The notes: generated by a model from the sequence alone, not told the origin. A DNA stretch of 64,000 nt from an uncultured Alphaproteobacteria bacterium (GCA_963743565.1 CAVUQD010000002.1:113604-177603), one strand, 5' to 3'; counted from the stretch's first letter, positions 9,206 through 19,055 are shown. Numbers and translations are program-made.

Positions 9206-10590
9206 TTGGTGAGTTCACCGTCGTGAAGCATGTCAAGAACCGCCCACAGCACATTCAATTCGTTTTTTGCTGCATCGCGTCCGTCGTCGAGCGAGAAAAA
9301 GGCGATTTCCGGATAGGCGGCCTTCGCCTTGTCGATCGCGGCGTCGACGTCGCGCTTGTATTCTTCGTACCAGAAAACGTTCCTATTCATGCGTTGTCCA
9401 ATCGCGATTTCCCACTCCGGCGCATTGACGACGAAATAGTAGCGAGTCTTCTTTGTCCTCAGATTTTTCTGCAGACGCTCGCGCGCGCGTTTCCGTCTTT
9501 CCTCCGGCGCCAGAACTTCCTCGCCGAGCAACAGCAGCTTGGAAAAAACAAATTCGTCCAGCAGTTCCGTGAAGCGATCGAAAGTGGCTGGACCGCAGGC
9601 TGGCGGAAGTTGATAGGCGAACTCGCCATGCGGGCGCTGCGGCCTTACTGCGCCGCCGCCCAGCCGAGCGAAAGCGGGCGAACGTCCGAGCAGCCGAGCT
9701 TCCACTAGCTCCGCACCGGTCACGCTCTGCGCCGGAATCGGCACGACGACGGCCGCGCCGTCGCGCGCTTGTTCACGAATCTCCTCTATTTCCTCAGGCT
9801 CGTAAATCAGCAGGACGAATTCTCGAGTCGCGAGCTTGACCGCCCGCGCCCCAGCTGCATCATCGAGAACCGGACCTGACAATTCCGTATGGGCCTCAGC
9901 GAGCTTTTCGAGAGCCGTTTCCACATCCAGGCTCGCCAGCTCGTCGAAGACGACTCCACTACGGCGGCGAAGATCCGGTTCTGCGGAGGGCTTACTGAGC
10001 AGCTTCTCGATTTGGCCGACTGCCGCCGGCCATTTTGCGAGCGCCGCCGCGAAACGCTCCCGGATCGCGGCTTTCTCTTTCTCCGCCTTCTGCGCCGCCA
10101 GCGCCCGCTTCGCCGCGTCGTCTTCCGACGTTTGCGAGGGCAACTCCCGCGTCTGCTCAAGGCCGTAGAGGCGCCGGTAGCGCTCCTCAATCAGCCCGGC
10201 GATTTCCACGGCCTTGCGATTCGTGACGAGAGGAAAAACGTCCTGCTCACGGCCCTCGGGAACCTGCGTCATGTCGAAGCGAAATGGCAAGACTTGCTCG
10301 GATTGCTGCAGGAATAAGCGTTCGCGGATCACGCGTGCCTCGACGCGGGTCCAATTCTTCTCAAGATAGACCTTGGAGAAAAAGGGTACAACAAGTTCCG
10401 CCATGGAGTAGATATTCTGCAGCTTCAAATCAGAGTTGTAGCCGATCACCTCACCTTCGTGCCAGTTGTCATAAAAAATGCGCTCCTTATCGAAGCTCGC
10501 CAGCAAGGCCTCCGCGACCTTCTCGACATACGCACGATTCTCGCCTGCGAAAGAGAGGGCGACTGCGAAACGACGAGGCGTCAGCGTCAT
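9202..10590 (-). CDS. TIR-domain protein with an uncharacterised helical C-terminal region
   Basis: FAVALSFAGENRAYVEKVAEAL...IFYD...YLEKNWTRVEAR is a bacterial TIR (TIR_2) signature; ATG 10590; ATGA overlap with moxR. Confidence 0.85.
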   Translation of the reverse strand: MTLTPRRFAVALSFAGENRAYVEKVAEALLASFDKERIFYDNWHEGEVIGYNSDLKLQNIYSMAELVVPFFSKVYLEKNWTRVEARVIRERLFLQQSEQVLPFRFDMTQVPEGREQDVFPLVTNRKAVEIAGLIEERYRRLYGLEQTRELPSQTSEDDAAKRALAAQKAEKEKAAIRERFAAALAKWPAAVGQIEKLLSKPSAEPDLRRRSGVVFDELASLDVETALEKLAEAHTELSGPVLDDAAGARAVKLATREFVLLIYEPEEIEEIREQARDGAAVVVPIPAQSVTGAELVEARLLGRSPAFARLGGGAVRPQRPHGEFAYQLPPACGPATFDRFTELLDEFVFSKLLLLGEEVLAPEERRKRARERLQKNLRTKKTRYYFVVNAPEWEIAIGQRMNRNVFWYEEYKRDVDAAIDKAKAAYPEIAFFSLDDGRDAAKNELNVLWAVLDMLHDGELTK

Positions 10591-10949
10591 TAGCACGCCC
10601 CCACCGGCCCTGCCGCCGCCTTGAATCCCTCCCGTCGACGCTCGGTGACGGCGGCGATCTTGCCGCTGAACTGCCCGCGGCCAGGGGCCTTCAAAAGAAA
10701 GAAGCTCTTCATCCAGCATTACCGACAATGGCATCTGGCGTCTACATAGCATGGCGTCGGGACTAATGCATTCCCGCGCGGTGCGCGGACAGCACGGCCT
10801 TTTTCCGGCCTGTCCGGGGCCGCCGGCAACGCCATCGGATAGCCGATCTTCGCGGGCGTCAGGTTCAGCGATCTGCACGGCCAAAAGGACATTGCGATCG
10901 GCGGCTTGTAAGGCTTGGCTCCATGTGTCGTCGACTGTTTAGCTCCCAG

Positions 10950-10992
10950 TTGACAGGCGGCCTCGAATCAGGCTGTAATGTATCCACTAAAC
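10950..10992 (+). promoter_or_regulatory. Sigma70-type promoter of the XRE gene overlapping a degenerate operator
   Basis: TTGACA (10950-10955), 18-nt spacer, TGTAAT (10974-10979); GTAATGTATCCACTAAAC matches 13/18 of the palindrome at 14794. Confidence 0.55.
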
Positions 10993-11011
10993 AAGAAACA
11001 AGGGAGAGGAC

Positions 11012-11359
11012 ATGGGAGACGAAAAGTTTGGTGCATTCGTGCGCCAGAGACGGGAGGAAAAGAAGATCGGCTTGCGGGAGATGGCGAAAAAGATCGGGGT
11101 GAGCCCGACCTACCTCTCGAAGGTCGAGCGCGACGAGTTCACGCCGCCAACGGAGGACAAGGTCTGCGCGATTGCGCAAATCATCGAGTGCGACCCGGAT
11201 GAATTGCTGGCGATGGCCGGGCGCGTGCCATCCGATCTCGCGGAAATCATCAAGCGCCGTCCGGTCGAGCTGGCGGCGCTCTTACGCACCACCAAGGGCC
11301 TGTCTGCGGATGACATCACGCGGCTCGCGCGACAGGCAGAGAAGGCAAAAGCCCGGTAA
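11012..11359 (+). CDS. XRE-family HTH transcriptional regulator
   Basis: FGAFVRQRREEKKIGLREMAKKIGVSPTYLSKVER; RBS GGAGAGG. Confidence 0.92.
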   Translation: MGDEKFGAFVRQRREEKKIGLREMAKKIGVSPTYLSKVERDEFTPPTEDKVCAIAQIIECDPDELLAMAGRVPSDLAEIIKRRPVELAALLRTTKGLSADDITRLARQAEKAKAR

Positions 11360-11406
11360 CCTCGTAACCCAGGCACATAGATGCAGATGAAAGGATCAAG
11401 ACGTAG

Positions 11407-11658
11407 ATGTCGAGAAAAATTCCTTACGTGACGGAGGAGCAGATCGAGCGCGACGCCGCCGCGCTTCTCGCCGAATACGAGCAGACTAGCGGTGTGAGGA
11501 TCCTCAGGGCCGTGCCGATCGAGGACATCGTCGAAAAGCATATCAAGCTCGGCCTGGAGTTCGATGACATGCATCGGTTGTTGAACTGTCCCCGCTCGGG
11601 GCCCGGTCGAGATCCCGACATTCTCGGCGCGATCTTCTTCGACGAGAAGCGCATCGTA
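11407..11658 (+). pseudogene. ImmA/IrrE-family metallopeptidase, 5' fragment truncated by IS21
   Basis: EEQIERDAAALL...VPIEDIVE...ILGAIFFDEKRIV lies directly after the XRE gene; the frame is cut at the IS end before any HExxH motif. Confidence 0.7.
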
Positions 11659-11761
11659 TGTTGATTTCCATTGAGAGCTGACCCGGGCAGCAGGGGTTTT
11701 TCCACCGAGAACTGACCCATGTTCGAACCCTTCCCCCACGGGCATCGCGGGGGAGCATGGA

Positions 11762-13300
11762 GTGATCGACATGGAGTTATTGAGCGTCATCCGACGCTGG
11801 CGACATCGGCAACATCTCTCGATCCGGGAGATCGCGCGACGAACGGGGCTGTCGCGGAACACGGTACGCAAGTATCTGCGCTCGGACAGCGTTGAGCCGA
11901 AGTTCAACATCCCTGACCGCCCGAGCAAGCTGGATCCCTACGCTGACAAGCTGGCGCAGATGTTGCGGTTGGAGGCGGCGAAGTCGCGCAAGCAGAAGCG
12001 GACGGTCAAGCAGTTGCACGCCGATTTGGTCGCCCTCGGCTACGACGGCTCCTACAATCGCGTGGCGGCCTTCGCGCGCGAGTGGAAGGCGGCGCGGCAT
12101 CGGGAGCAACAGACCTGTGGCCGCGGCGCTTTCGTGCCGCTGGCGTTTCTGCCCGGCGAGGCGTTCCAGTTCGACTGGTCGGAGGACTGGGCGGTCATCG
12201 CGGGCGAGCGGATCAAACTGCAGGTCGCCCAGTTCAAGCTCTCCTACAGTCGCGCGTTCATCCTGCGGGCTTACCCGCAGCAGACGCATGAGATGCTGTT
12301 TGACGCCCACAACCACGCCTTCCGCGTGCTGGGCGGCGTGCCGCGGCGCGGGATCTACGACAACATGCGCACCGCCGTCGACAAGGTCGGGCGCGGCAAG
12401 GAGCGGCAAGTCAACGCGCGTTTCGCGGCCATGGTCAGCCACTTCCTGTTCGAGGCCGAGTTCTGCAACCCAGCCTCTGGCTGGGAGAAAGGGCAGATCG
12501 AGAAGAACGTGCAGGACGCGCGGCACAGGCTCTGGCAGCCGACGCCGAACTTTCCTTCCCTGGCGGCGCTGAACGACTGGCTGGAGACGCGATGCCGGGA
12601 GCTATGGGCCGAGATTCCGCATGGCGCGCAGGCGGGCACGGTCGCCGACGCCTGGAGCGAGGAAGCGCAACACTTGATGCAGCTTCCCCGCCCCTTCGAC
12701 GGCTTCGTCGAACACACCAAGCGCGTCTCGCCGACATGTCTCATCCACCTGGAGCGCAATCGCTACAGCGTCCCGGCCTCGTTCGCCAATCGCCCCGTCA
12801 GCGTGCGGGTCTATCCTGAACGCATCGTCGTGGCCGCCGAGGGGCAGGTTGTCTGCGAGCATCGGCGCGTCTTCGCCCGCTCCCACGATCGCAAGAGCGC
12901 GACGATCTACGACTGGCGCCACTATCTCGCGGTCATCCAGCGCAAACCCGGCGCCTTGCGCAACGGCGCGCCCTTCGCCGAACTGCCGCCCGCCTTCCGG
13001 GCCTTGCAACAGCGCATACTCAAGACGCCAGGCGGCGACCGCGAGATGGTCGAGATCCTCGCCCTGGTCCTCCAGCACGACGAGCAGGCCGTGCTCGCCG
13101 CCGTCGAACTGGCGTTGGAGGCGGGCGCGCCGACCAAGACGCATATCCTGAACGTGCTGCACCGGCTGGTCGATGGAAAACCGATCGACGCGCCGCCAGT
13201 GAAGCCGCCCAGCGCGCTGACGCTCACCACCGAACCGCAGGCCAATGTCGAGCGCTATGACGCCCTGCGCAAAGCCCGGGAGGCGCGCCATGCGTCATAA
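11762..13300 (+). CDS. istA: IS21 transposase IstA
   Basis: N-terminal [27 protein letters not shown] (DDE triad). Confidence 0.95.
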   Translation: MIDMELLSVIRRWRHRQHLSIREIARRTGLSRNTVRKYLRSDSVEPKFNIPDRPSKLDPYADKLAQMLRLEAAKSRKQKRTVKQLHADLVALGYDGSYNRVAAFAREWKAARHREQQTCGRGAFVPLAFLPGEAFQFDWSEDWAVIAGERIKLQVAQFKLSYSRAFILRAYPQQTHEMLFDAHNHAFRVLGGVPRRGIYDNMRTAVDKVGRGKERQVNARFAAMVSHFLFEAEFCNPASGWEKGQIEKNVQDARHRLWQPTPNFPSLAALNDWLETRCRELWAEIPHGAQAGTVADAWSEEAQHLMQLPRPFDGFVEHTKRVSPTCLIHLERNRYSVPASFANRPVSVRVYPERIVVAAEGQVVCEHRRVFARSHDRKSATIYDWRHYLAVIQRKPGALRNGAPFAELPPAFRALQQRILKTPGGDREMVEILALVLQHDEQAVLAAVELALEAGAPTKTHILNVLHRLVDGKPIDAPPVKPPSALTLTTEPQANVERYDALRKAREARHAS

Positions 13301-14084
13301 TCCCGCCGCCGGCGCCATCGTCATCATGCTGCGCAGCCTCAAAATGCACGGCATGGCGCAAGCCGTCGGCGAACTCACCGAGCAAGGCGCTCCGGCCTTC
13401 GAGGCCGCGCTGCCGATCTTGTCGCAGCTTCTGAAGGCGGAAACAGCCGATCGGGAAGTCAGATCCACCGCCTACCAGCTCAAGGCCGCGCGCTTTCCAA
13501 ACTATCGCGATCTCGCCGGCTTCGACTTCGCCAGCAGCGAGGTCAATGAAGCTCTCGTTCGCCAGCTTCACCGCTGCGAGTTCCTGGAGGATGCCCATAA
13601 CGTTGTCTTGGTCGGCGGCCCCGGAACGGGCAAGACGCATCTCGCCACGGCGATCGGCGTCCAGGCCATCGAGCATCACCGCAAGCGCGTCCGGTTCTTC
13701 TCCACCGTCGAACTCGTCAACGCGCTCGAGCAGGAAAAGCTTCAAGGAAAAGCCGGGCAGATTGCGGCGCGGCTCACACACGCCGATCTCGTCATCCTCG
13801 ACGAGCTCGGCTATCTGCCGTTCAGCGCCTCCGGCGGCGCCTTGCTCTTCCACCTGCTGAGCAAGCTCTACGAACGCACCAGCGTCATCATCACGACCAA
13901 CCTCGGCTTCGGCGAATGGGCCGCCGTGTTCGGCGACGCGAAAATGACGACGGCGCTCCTCGACCGCCTCACCCACCGCTGCCACATCCTCGAGACCGGA
14001 AACGACAGCTTCCGCTTCAAGGACAGCTCGGCGAAAGCCGCTAAACCCACAAAGGAGAAAACCCGCAACTTGACGAACGCCTGA
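13290..14084 (+). CDS. istB: IS21 helper ATPase IstB
   Basis: [32 protein letters not shown]; ATG 13290 overlaps the istA end. Confidence 0.95.
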   Translation: MRHNPAAGAIVIMLRSLKMHGMAQAVGELTEQGAPAFEAALPILSQLLKAETADREVRSTAYQLKAARFPNYRDLAGFDFASSEVNEALVRQLHRCEFLEDAHNVVLVGGPGTGKTHLATAIGVQAIEHHRKRVRFFSTVELVNALEQEKLQGKAGQIAARLTHADLVILDELGYLPFSASGGALLFHLLSKLYERTSVIITTNLGFGEWAAVFGDAKMTTALLDRLTHRCHILETGNDSFRFKDSSAKAAKPTKEKTRNLTNA

Positions 14085-14155
14085 CCCTCAAACCATCATC
14101 AACCCGGGTCAGTTCTCAATGGAAATCCCGGGTCAAATCTCGGCGGAAATCGACA

Positions 14156-14767
14156 GGCTGCCAGCTTTTCCGAGTGCGCCTGTTGGGAGAGGGCCTATCA
14201 ACAGAACAGCTTGCTGCAAACCCGATACTCGAACTGGGAGCACCACCGAGAGACAAAGCACGCGCTGGCCGAATGAATGTGGAGTTCATTCCAATTCTAT
14301 ACGCCACGTTCAGCGAACAAACCGCGATTGCTGAAGGCCGCCCTAGCCTAGATGACGAGATCGCAATAGCTACCTTCACAACACTTTACGATCTCAAAGT
14401 TTTTGATTTTACTGTATTTTCTGCAGCGCTTGGCAAAAACTTTGAGGCCGCCATCGAACACACGCGCTATGATTTTATCGAACAGTTGGAACAGGAAATT
14501 AGCAAGCCTGTTCGAGCCTCGGATAAAGTCCGCCAATATATTCCGACTCAAATCGTTGCTGAGTACATACGAGAGCGATTCAACTGTGACGGGATTATAT
14601 ATAGATCATCAATGATCAAAGACCGCTCACTCGACGCGAGGAATATTGCGTTGTTCGACAAGCGCCGACCTTTTCTCGGTGGCACAGAAGCCTCTCTCAG
14701 CTTCGTCAATTACGTTATCAAGGAGGTCTGGGACGTCAAATACGTGGTCGGCAAGTCGCCCTTTTAA
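14156..14767 (+). pseudogene. RES-domain (NAD+-targeting toxin family) protein, 5'-truncated by IS21
   Basis: Frame is open right up to the IS end (GCQLFRVRL); RMNVEFIPILYAT..TAIAEGRP, PTQIVAEYIR..DGIIYRSS are RES motifs; AT-rich. Confidence 0.75.
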
Positions 14768-14779
14768 GCGGGAGAGCCA

Positions 14780-14811
14780 TTGCGATCGACGACGTTTAGT
14801 ATATACTAAAC
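14780..14811 (+). promoter_or_regulatory. Recombinase promoter with a perfect 18-bp palindromic operator
   Basis: TTGCGA (14780-14785), 16 nt, TATACT (14802-14807); palindrome GTTTAGTATATACTAAAC at 14794-14811; ATG 7 nt after the -10 element. Confidence 0.65.
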
Positions 14812-14813
14812 AC

Positions 14814-16406
14814 ATGAAGACATCCGTCAAGCAAGGCCGCGCCGTTGATCTCGCCCGTAAACAGGCGGTGGTCTATGCCCGCGTCTCCTCCAAGGAGCAG
14901 GAGAAGGAAGGCTTCTCAATCCCGGCGCAGTTGAAGTTGCTGAAGGAATACGCCACCGCAAACGGCTTCGTGGTCGCCGAGGAATATGTGGACGTGGAGA
15001 CCGCCAAGCAGACGGGCCGCGCCGCCTTCGGCGAGATGGTGGTCTATCTCAAGGCGCATCCCTCAGTCCGCGTGATGCTGGTCGAGAAGACAGACCGGCT
15101 TTACCGAAACCTCAAGGATTGGGTGACGATCGACGAACTCGATGTGGAGATCCACTTCCCCAAGGAAGGCGTGGTGCTCTCGCGCAATTCGCGCTCCTCG
15201 GAAAAGTTCATGCACGGCATCAAGGTGCTGATGGCGAAGAACTACATCGACAATCTGTCCGAGGAAGCCCGCAAAGGCATGCAGGAAAAGGCCGAGCAAG
15301 GCATCTGGCCCACCAAGACGCCGCTCGGCTATCGCAACGTCACGGGATCGGACGGCAAGAAGGTCATCGAAGCCGACCCGGAGGTCGCCCCGCTCATCAC
15401 GAAGCTCTTCGAATGGTATGCGACCGGACAGCATTCGCTGCAGACCGCGGCGGCCAAAGCGCGAGCCGCCGGTCTCGCGCACCGAAGGAGCGGCACGCGG
15501 GTGCCCGTGAGCACGATTCACACGATCCTGCGCAACCGGCTTTACACGGGCTGGTTCGAGTGGAACGGCAAGCTCTATCGCGGAAAGCACGACGTCTTGG
15601 TCTCGGTCGAGCTTTGGGAGCGCGTGCAGGGCGTGCTGGATGGACGCCACGCCAGTAAAAACCGCCGCATGACGCACGACTTCGCCTTCTCGGGCCTGAT
15701 CGCCTGCGCAAAGTGCGGCTGCTCGGTGGTTGGGGAGATCAAGAAGCAGCAATACGTCTATTATCACTGCACGGGGTACGCCGATAAGTGCCGGGACGAG
15801 CCCGCTTCCTGTCGCCGCAAATATGTTCGCGAAGAGGTTTTGGAGCGGCAGTTCACGGAACTGCTTGGCCGGCTGCGCTTCGACGACGAGGTGCTCGAAT
15901 GGGTGCGCGAGGCGCTGCACGCCAGCCGCGCGGATGAGCGCAGAGAGCATGAGGACGCGATCAAGCGCCTGCGCGGGGAATACGACCGCCTGCAAGCTCG
16001 GATCGACGCGATGTATATCGACAAGCTGGACGGCAGGATCGGCGGCGACTTCTTCGACCGCATGGCAGGACAGTGGCGCGAGGAGCAGAGCCGCTGCCTG
16101 CGCGAGATCGAGCGCTGCCAGGAGGCCGAGCAGTCTTACATGGACGAGGGCGTGCGGCTTCTCGAACTCGCTCAAAACGCCCAAGCCCTGTTCGAACGTC
16201 AGCCGCCACGCGAAAAGCGGCGACTTCTCGATTTCGTGCTTTCGAACTGCTCATGGGAGGATGGCGAAGTGGTCGCCACCTTCCGCCAACCCTTTGATCT
16301 GTTAGCGCAAACGACGGCAGCAGCAGCGCGATGGGAGGCAACGGGAAGCGGAATTTCGATGAAAAGCGAGATTTGGCTGGGGGACCTGGATTCGAACCAA
16401 GATTAA
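14814..16406 (+). CDS. Large serine recombinase (resolvase + recombinase + zinc-ribbon domains)
   Basis: AVVYARVSSKEQ catalytic motif, EKTDRLYR, FSGLIACAKCG, YYHC; last codons overlap the tRNA-Gln 3' end. Confidence 0.95.
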   Translation: MKTSVKQGRAVDLARKQAVVYARVSSKEQEKEGFSIPAQLKLLKEYATANGFVVAEEYVDVETAKQTGRAAFGEMVVYLKAHPSVRVMLVEKTDRLYRNLKDWVTIDELDVEIHFPKEGVVLSRNSRSSEKFMHGIKVLMAKNYIDNLSEEARKGMQEKAEQGIWPTKTPLGYRNVTGSDGKKVIEADPEVAPLITKLFEWYATGQHSLQTAAAKARAAGLAHRRSGTRVPVSTIHTILRNRLYTGWFEWNGKLYRGKHDVLVSVELWERVQGVLDGRHASKNRRMTHDFAFSGLIACAKCGCSVVGEIKKQQYVYYHCTGYADKCRDEPASCRRKYVREEVLERQFTELLGRLRFDDEVLEWVREALHASRADERREHEDAIKRLRGEYDRLQARIDAMYIDKLDGRIGGDFFDRMAGQWREEQSRCLREIERCQEAEQSYMDEGVRLLELAQNAQALFERQPPREKRRLLDFVLSNCSWEDGEVVATFRQPFDLLAQTTAAAARWEATGSGISMKSEIWLGDLDSNQD

Positions 16407-16447
16407 CGGAGTCAGAGTCCGCTGTTCTACCGTTGAACTATCCCCCA
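16374..16447 (-). tRNA. tRNA-Gln (anticodon CTG)
   Basis: 74 nt; acceptor stem TGGGGGA/TCCCCCA, anticodon arm GCGGA CT CTG AC TCCGT, GGTTCGAATCC T-arm, encoded CCA. Confidence 0.97.
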
Positions 16448-16530
16448 ATGGCCTTCGCCTGCGGGCTGTTCCCTCTAGTGAGCGGCGCGCGGCCTGTCAA
16501 CATCGCGGCGGCGCGGCTTTTTTGTCCCGC

Positions 16531-16968
16531 TTATGGATCGAACTTCATGGTTTCGACGAAGTCCTTGAGGCGGTCCCTGAAAAATTGCCGCACCCGCAGC
16601 GCCGTATAGGGATGGGACTCGAGCACGAGGTGGAAGAGAGAACGCGGAATCCTCAGCACGGTCGACGGCTCTCGCGCAAAGGCCGTCGCCGGCCGCCTCG
16701 TCGCGGCGATCATCGCGCTCTCGCCAAGCAGCGCGACCGGATGCACGATCCGGTCGGCCGGCCGCCCCGGTTCCCCCGCCTCCACCGCGACGGCGCCTTT
16801 GACGAGCAGATAGCCGCCGTCGGCCGTCTCCCCGCGCCGAAAGAGCATGTCCCCGGCGCGCAGCAGCCGCGTATCGGCGCCAAAGAGCAGATCCCGCAAG
16901 GCCGCTTCCTCCATGACGGCGAAGACGTCGATGGCCAGGAGGTCCTCGATCTCACTACCGAGCGCCAT
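16531..16968 (-). CDS. Cyclic nucleotide-binding (Crp/Fnr-type) domain protein
   Basis: LRAGDMLFRRGETADGGYLLVKGAV...LLGESAM...RPATAFA. Confidence 0.85.
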   Translation of the reverse strand: MALGSEIEDLLAIDVFAVMEEAALRDLLFGADTRLLRAGDMLFRRGETADGGYLLVKGAVAVEAGEPGRPADRIVHPVALLGESAMIAATRRPATAFAREPSTVLRIPRSLFHLVLESHPYTALRVRQFFRDRLKDFVETMKFDP

Positions 16969-17662
16969 GTTTCCTCGTATCGAGCGGCTGCGCCTCGGCG
17001 TCTTCCTCCAGACAGAGCCTATAGCCGCCCTGGGCCGTCACGAGCAGTTCTGTCCGACCGCTGATCCCCTCGAGCTTTCGCCGCAACCGGTGAATATGCG
17101 TTTCTAAAGTGTGCGTAACAACCGCGCCATTATAGCCCCAAACCTCGCGCAGCAAAACGTCCCTCCCCACGACCTCTCCCTGAGCGCGGGACAAGCGGAG
17201 CAGGAGAGCGATTTCCCTTTCCGTCAGCAGACGGCTCATCCCATTCGGCGCCGTGAGCCGCTGCGTGACGGGGCAGAAGCTGTGGCCGCCCAGGGCTTGC
17301 CGCAGGGGGCGCAGCGGGGTCTGTTCCAGAGCCCTGCGAAGCGTGATCAGCAAGTCGCAAAAGCGCAGCGGACGGCGTATCGCTGCGTCGAACTCGGCGT
17401 CGTCTTGTCCTTCCTCTCTGGCAAGCCATAACGACGCGCCGCTGAAGCCCGCAAGGCGCGCCGCGCGCAGCAGCGCGCCGGCCTCCTCCTCTTGGAAATC
17501 ATCGGAGACGAGCAGCGCATCGGGAATGGCGGCCTCGATCGCGGCCAAAGCGCCCTGAACGGTCGCGGCCTCTCTCAAGGCGTAGTCCGGTTCTCTGGCG
17601 AAGAGCTCGGCAAGAGCCGTCCGCAACGAGGGACCACTGGCCAGGAGAATGTCGAGCGCCAT
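16955..17662 (-). CDS. OmpR-type response regulator with an atypical receiver domain
   Basis: C-terminal winged helix LTEREIALL...LLREVWGY...THTLETHIHRLRRK; start taken at ATG 17662. Confidence 0.85.
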   Translation of the reverse strand: MALDILLASGPSLRTALAELFAREPDYALREAATVQGALAAIEAAIPDALLVSDDFQEEEAGALLRAARLAGFSGASLWLAREEGQDDAEFDAAIRRPLRFCDLLITLRRALEQTPLRPLRQALGGHSFCPVTQRLTAPNGMSRLLTEREIALLLRLSRAQGEVVGRDVLLREVWGYNGAVVTHTLETHIHRLRRKLEGISGRTELLVTAQGGYRLCLEEDAEAQPLDTRKHGAR

Positions 17663-17782
17663 GACCTGTAGAAGCTCCTCGGGCCGCACGCCCTTGCAGC
17701 AGAGATAGCAGAATTCCAGGGGCCTTGAACGCCAGCGGCTTCGCCGTCAAGATTTGGCTCCGTTTCCTTAGAGCAGAGCGAG

Positions 17783-18337
17783 ATGAACAAAACGCCACGA
17801 CTGTCGCCCCGGACCGGGTTGCGCTTTGTCACCGTGACGCGCAAGCTTGCGGGCGCTCGGCATCACGGCCTGCTGATCGCCGGCGCCGCGATCTTTCCCT
17901 GCGCGCTGGGACGGGCCGGTCTCGTTCACGCCAAGCGGGAAGGCGATGGCGGGACGCCGATCGGGACCTGGCGGCTCCTGGGCTTCCGGCATCGACCCCT
18001 GCGGCTTCGCCGCGCCGGGCTGCGCATTCCCGCCAGGGAGATTCGCCCATTGGACCTCTGGTGCGACGACCCCGGCAGCGCTTTCTACAACCGCCCTCTC
18101 AGCGCGCCTTCGCGCTTTCGCTGTGAGAAGCTTTGGCGGAGCGACGCCCTCTATGACGTGGTGGGCGTGCTGGACTACAATCTGCAGCCTGCAATACTCG
18201 GGCGCGGCAGCGCCATCTTCTTCCACATTGCGACGCAAGACCTCGCGCCGACCCAAGGGTGCGTCGCGCTACGCGCGCGCGACATGGCGCGCCTCACGCC
18301 GCGTCTCGCGCGCGGGGCGACCCTCGTCATCCGCTGA
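17783..18337 (+). CDS. L,D-transpeptidase family (YkuD-like) protein
   Basis: KREGDGGTPIG, WCDDP..AFYN, GSAIFFH..PTQGCVAL. Confidence 0.85.
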   Translation: MNKTPRLSPRTGLRFVTVTRKLAGARHHGLLIAGAAIFPCALGRAGLVHAKREGDGGTPIGTWRLLGFRHRPLRLRRAGLRIPAREIRPLDLWCDDPGSAFYNRPLSAPSRFRCEKLWRSDALYDVVGVLDYNLQPAILGRGSAIFFHIATQDLAPTQGCVALRARDMARLTPRLARGATLVIR

Positions 18338-18346
18338 GCGCTCCGA

Positions 18347-19009
18347 TTAGCCGCGTTCCCCCATGATCGCAGAGCCTACTCGCACATGCGTCGCGCCGAG
18401 CTCGATCGCCTGCTCGAAATCCCCGCTCATGCCCATGGAGAGGCTCGAGAGCCCGTTGCGCGCCGCAATGTCCGAAAGCAGCGCAAAATGCGGCGAGGCC
18501 TGCTCATCCGCAGGCGGCACGCACATCAGGCCTTCGACCGCAAGGCCGAGTTCATGGCGGCACAGACCGACGAAGGCGTCGGCGTCCTCGACGAGCGCGC
18601 CGGATTTTTGCGGCTCGGCGCCCGTATTGACCTGGACGAAGAAGCGCATGGGGCGGCCGCGCAGAGCGACCTCGGCAGCGAGCGCGCGAGCGATCTTTTC
18701 ACGGTCGACGGACTGGATGACGTCGAATGTCTCGACCGCCTCTTTGACCTTGTTGGATTGGAGGGGTCCCAGCAGATGCAGCTCGACGCCCGGGTAGCGC
18801 GCCTTGAGGCCGGGCCATTTCTCTCTCGCCTCCTGGACGCGGTTCTCGCCGAAGACGCGCTGGCCGGCCTCGAGCAAGGGGACGATCGCGTCCGCTGGAA
18901 AGGTCTTCGTCACACAGACGAGCGTCACGGCTTTGGGATCCCGCCCGCTTTCCCGCGCGGCGCGGTCGATTCGGCTTCTCGCCTCATTCCAGCGGTCGAT
19001 GACGCTCAT
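18347..19009 (-). CDS. yggS: PLP-binding protein, YggS family
   Basis: LVCVTKT, FGENRVQE, GPLQSNK, GLMCVPP, SMGMSGDF, HVRVGSAI. Confidence 0.95.
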   Translation of the reverse strand: MSVIDRWNEARSRIDRAARESGRDPKAVTLVCVTKTFPADAIVPLLEAGQRVFGENRVQEAREKWPGLKARYPGVELHLLGPLQSNKVKEAVETFDVIQSVDREKIARALAAEVALRGRPMRFFVQVNTGAEPQKSGALVEDADAFVGLCRHELGLAVEGLMCVPPADEQASPHFALLSDIAARNGLSSLSMGMSGDFEQAIELGATHVRVGSAIMGERG

Positions 19010-19055
19010 GGCGGTCGGTTAAGACGACCAGCCCTCCGCTGCAAGGGGAAAGTCT

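Larger units (their letters stand above)
11659..14155 (+). mobile_element. IS21-family insertion sequence
   Basis: TG...CA ends; IR TGTTGATTTCCATTGAGAGCTGACCCGGG vs TGTCGATTTCCGCCGAGATTTGACCCGGG; internal repeats at both ends; istA+istB; no target duplication. Confidence 0.95.
3248..16379. mobile_element. Integrative island at the tRNA-Gln 3' end, carrying a serine recombinase
   Basis: Right end: recombinase ORF reads into the tRNA 3' end (TGGCTG at 16374-16379). Left end: TGGCTG at 3248-3253 followed by tRNA-end-like CCTGGA...TCGAACCA. Cargo is accessory (TIR, MoxR, XRE, IS, RES). Confidence 0.8.

Noticed and set aside
10591-10924. N-terminal extension of the TIR ORF, or a degraded upstream gene ending in TAATG at the TIR start
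   Set aside because: No frame gives a recognisable protein; one candidate frame has an internal stop; too weak to call
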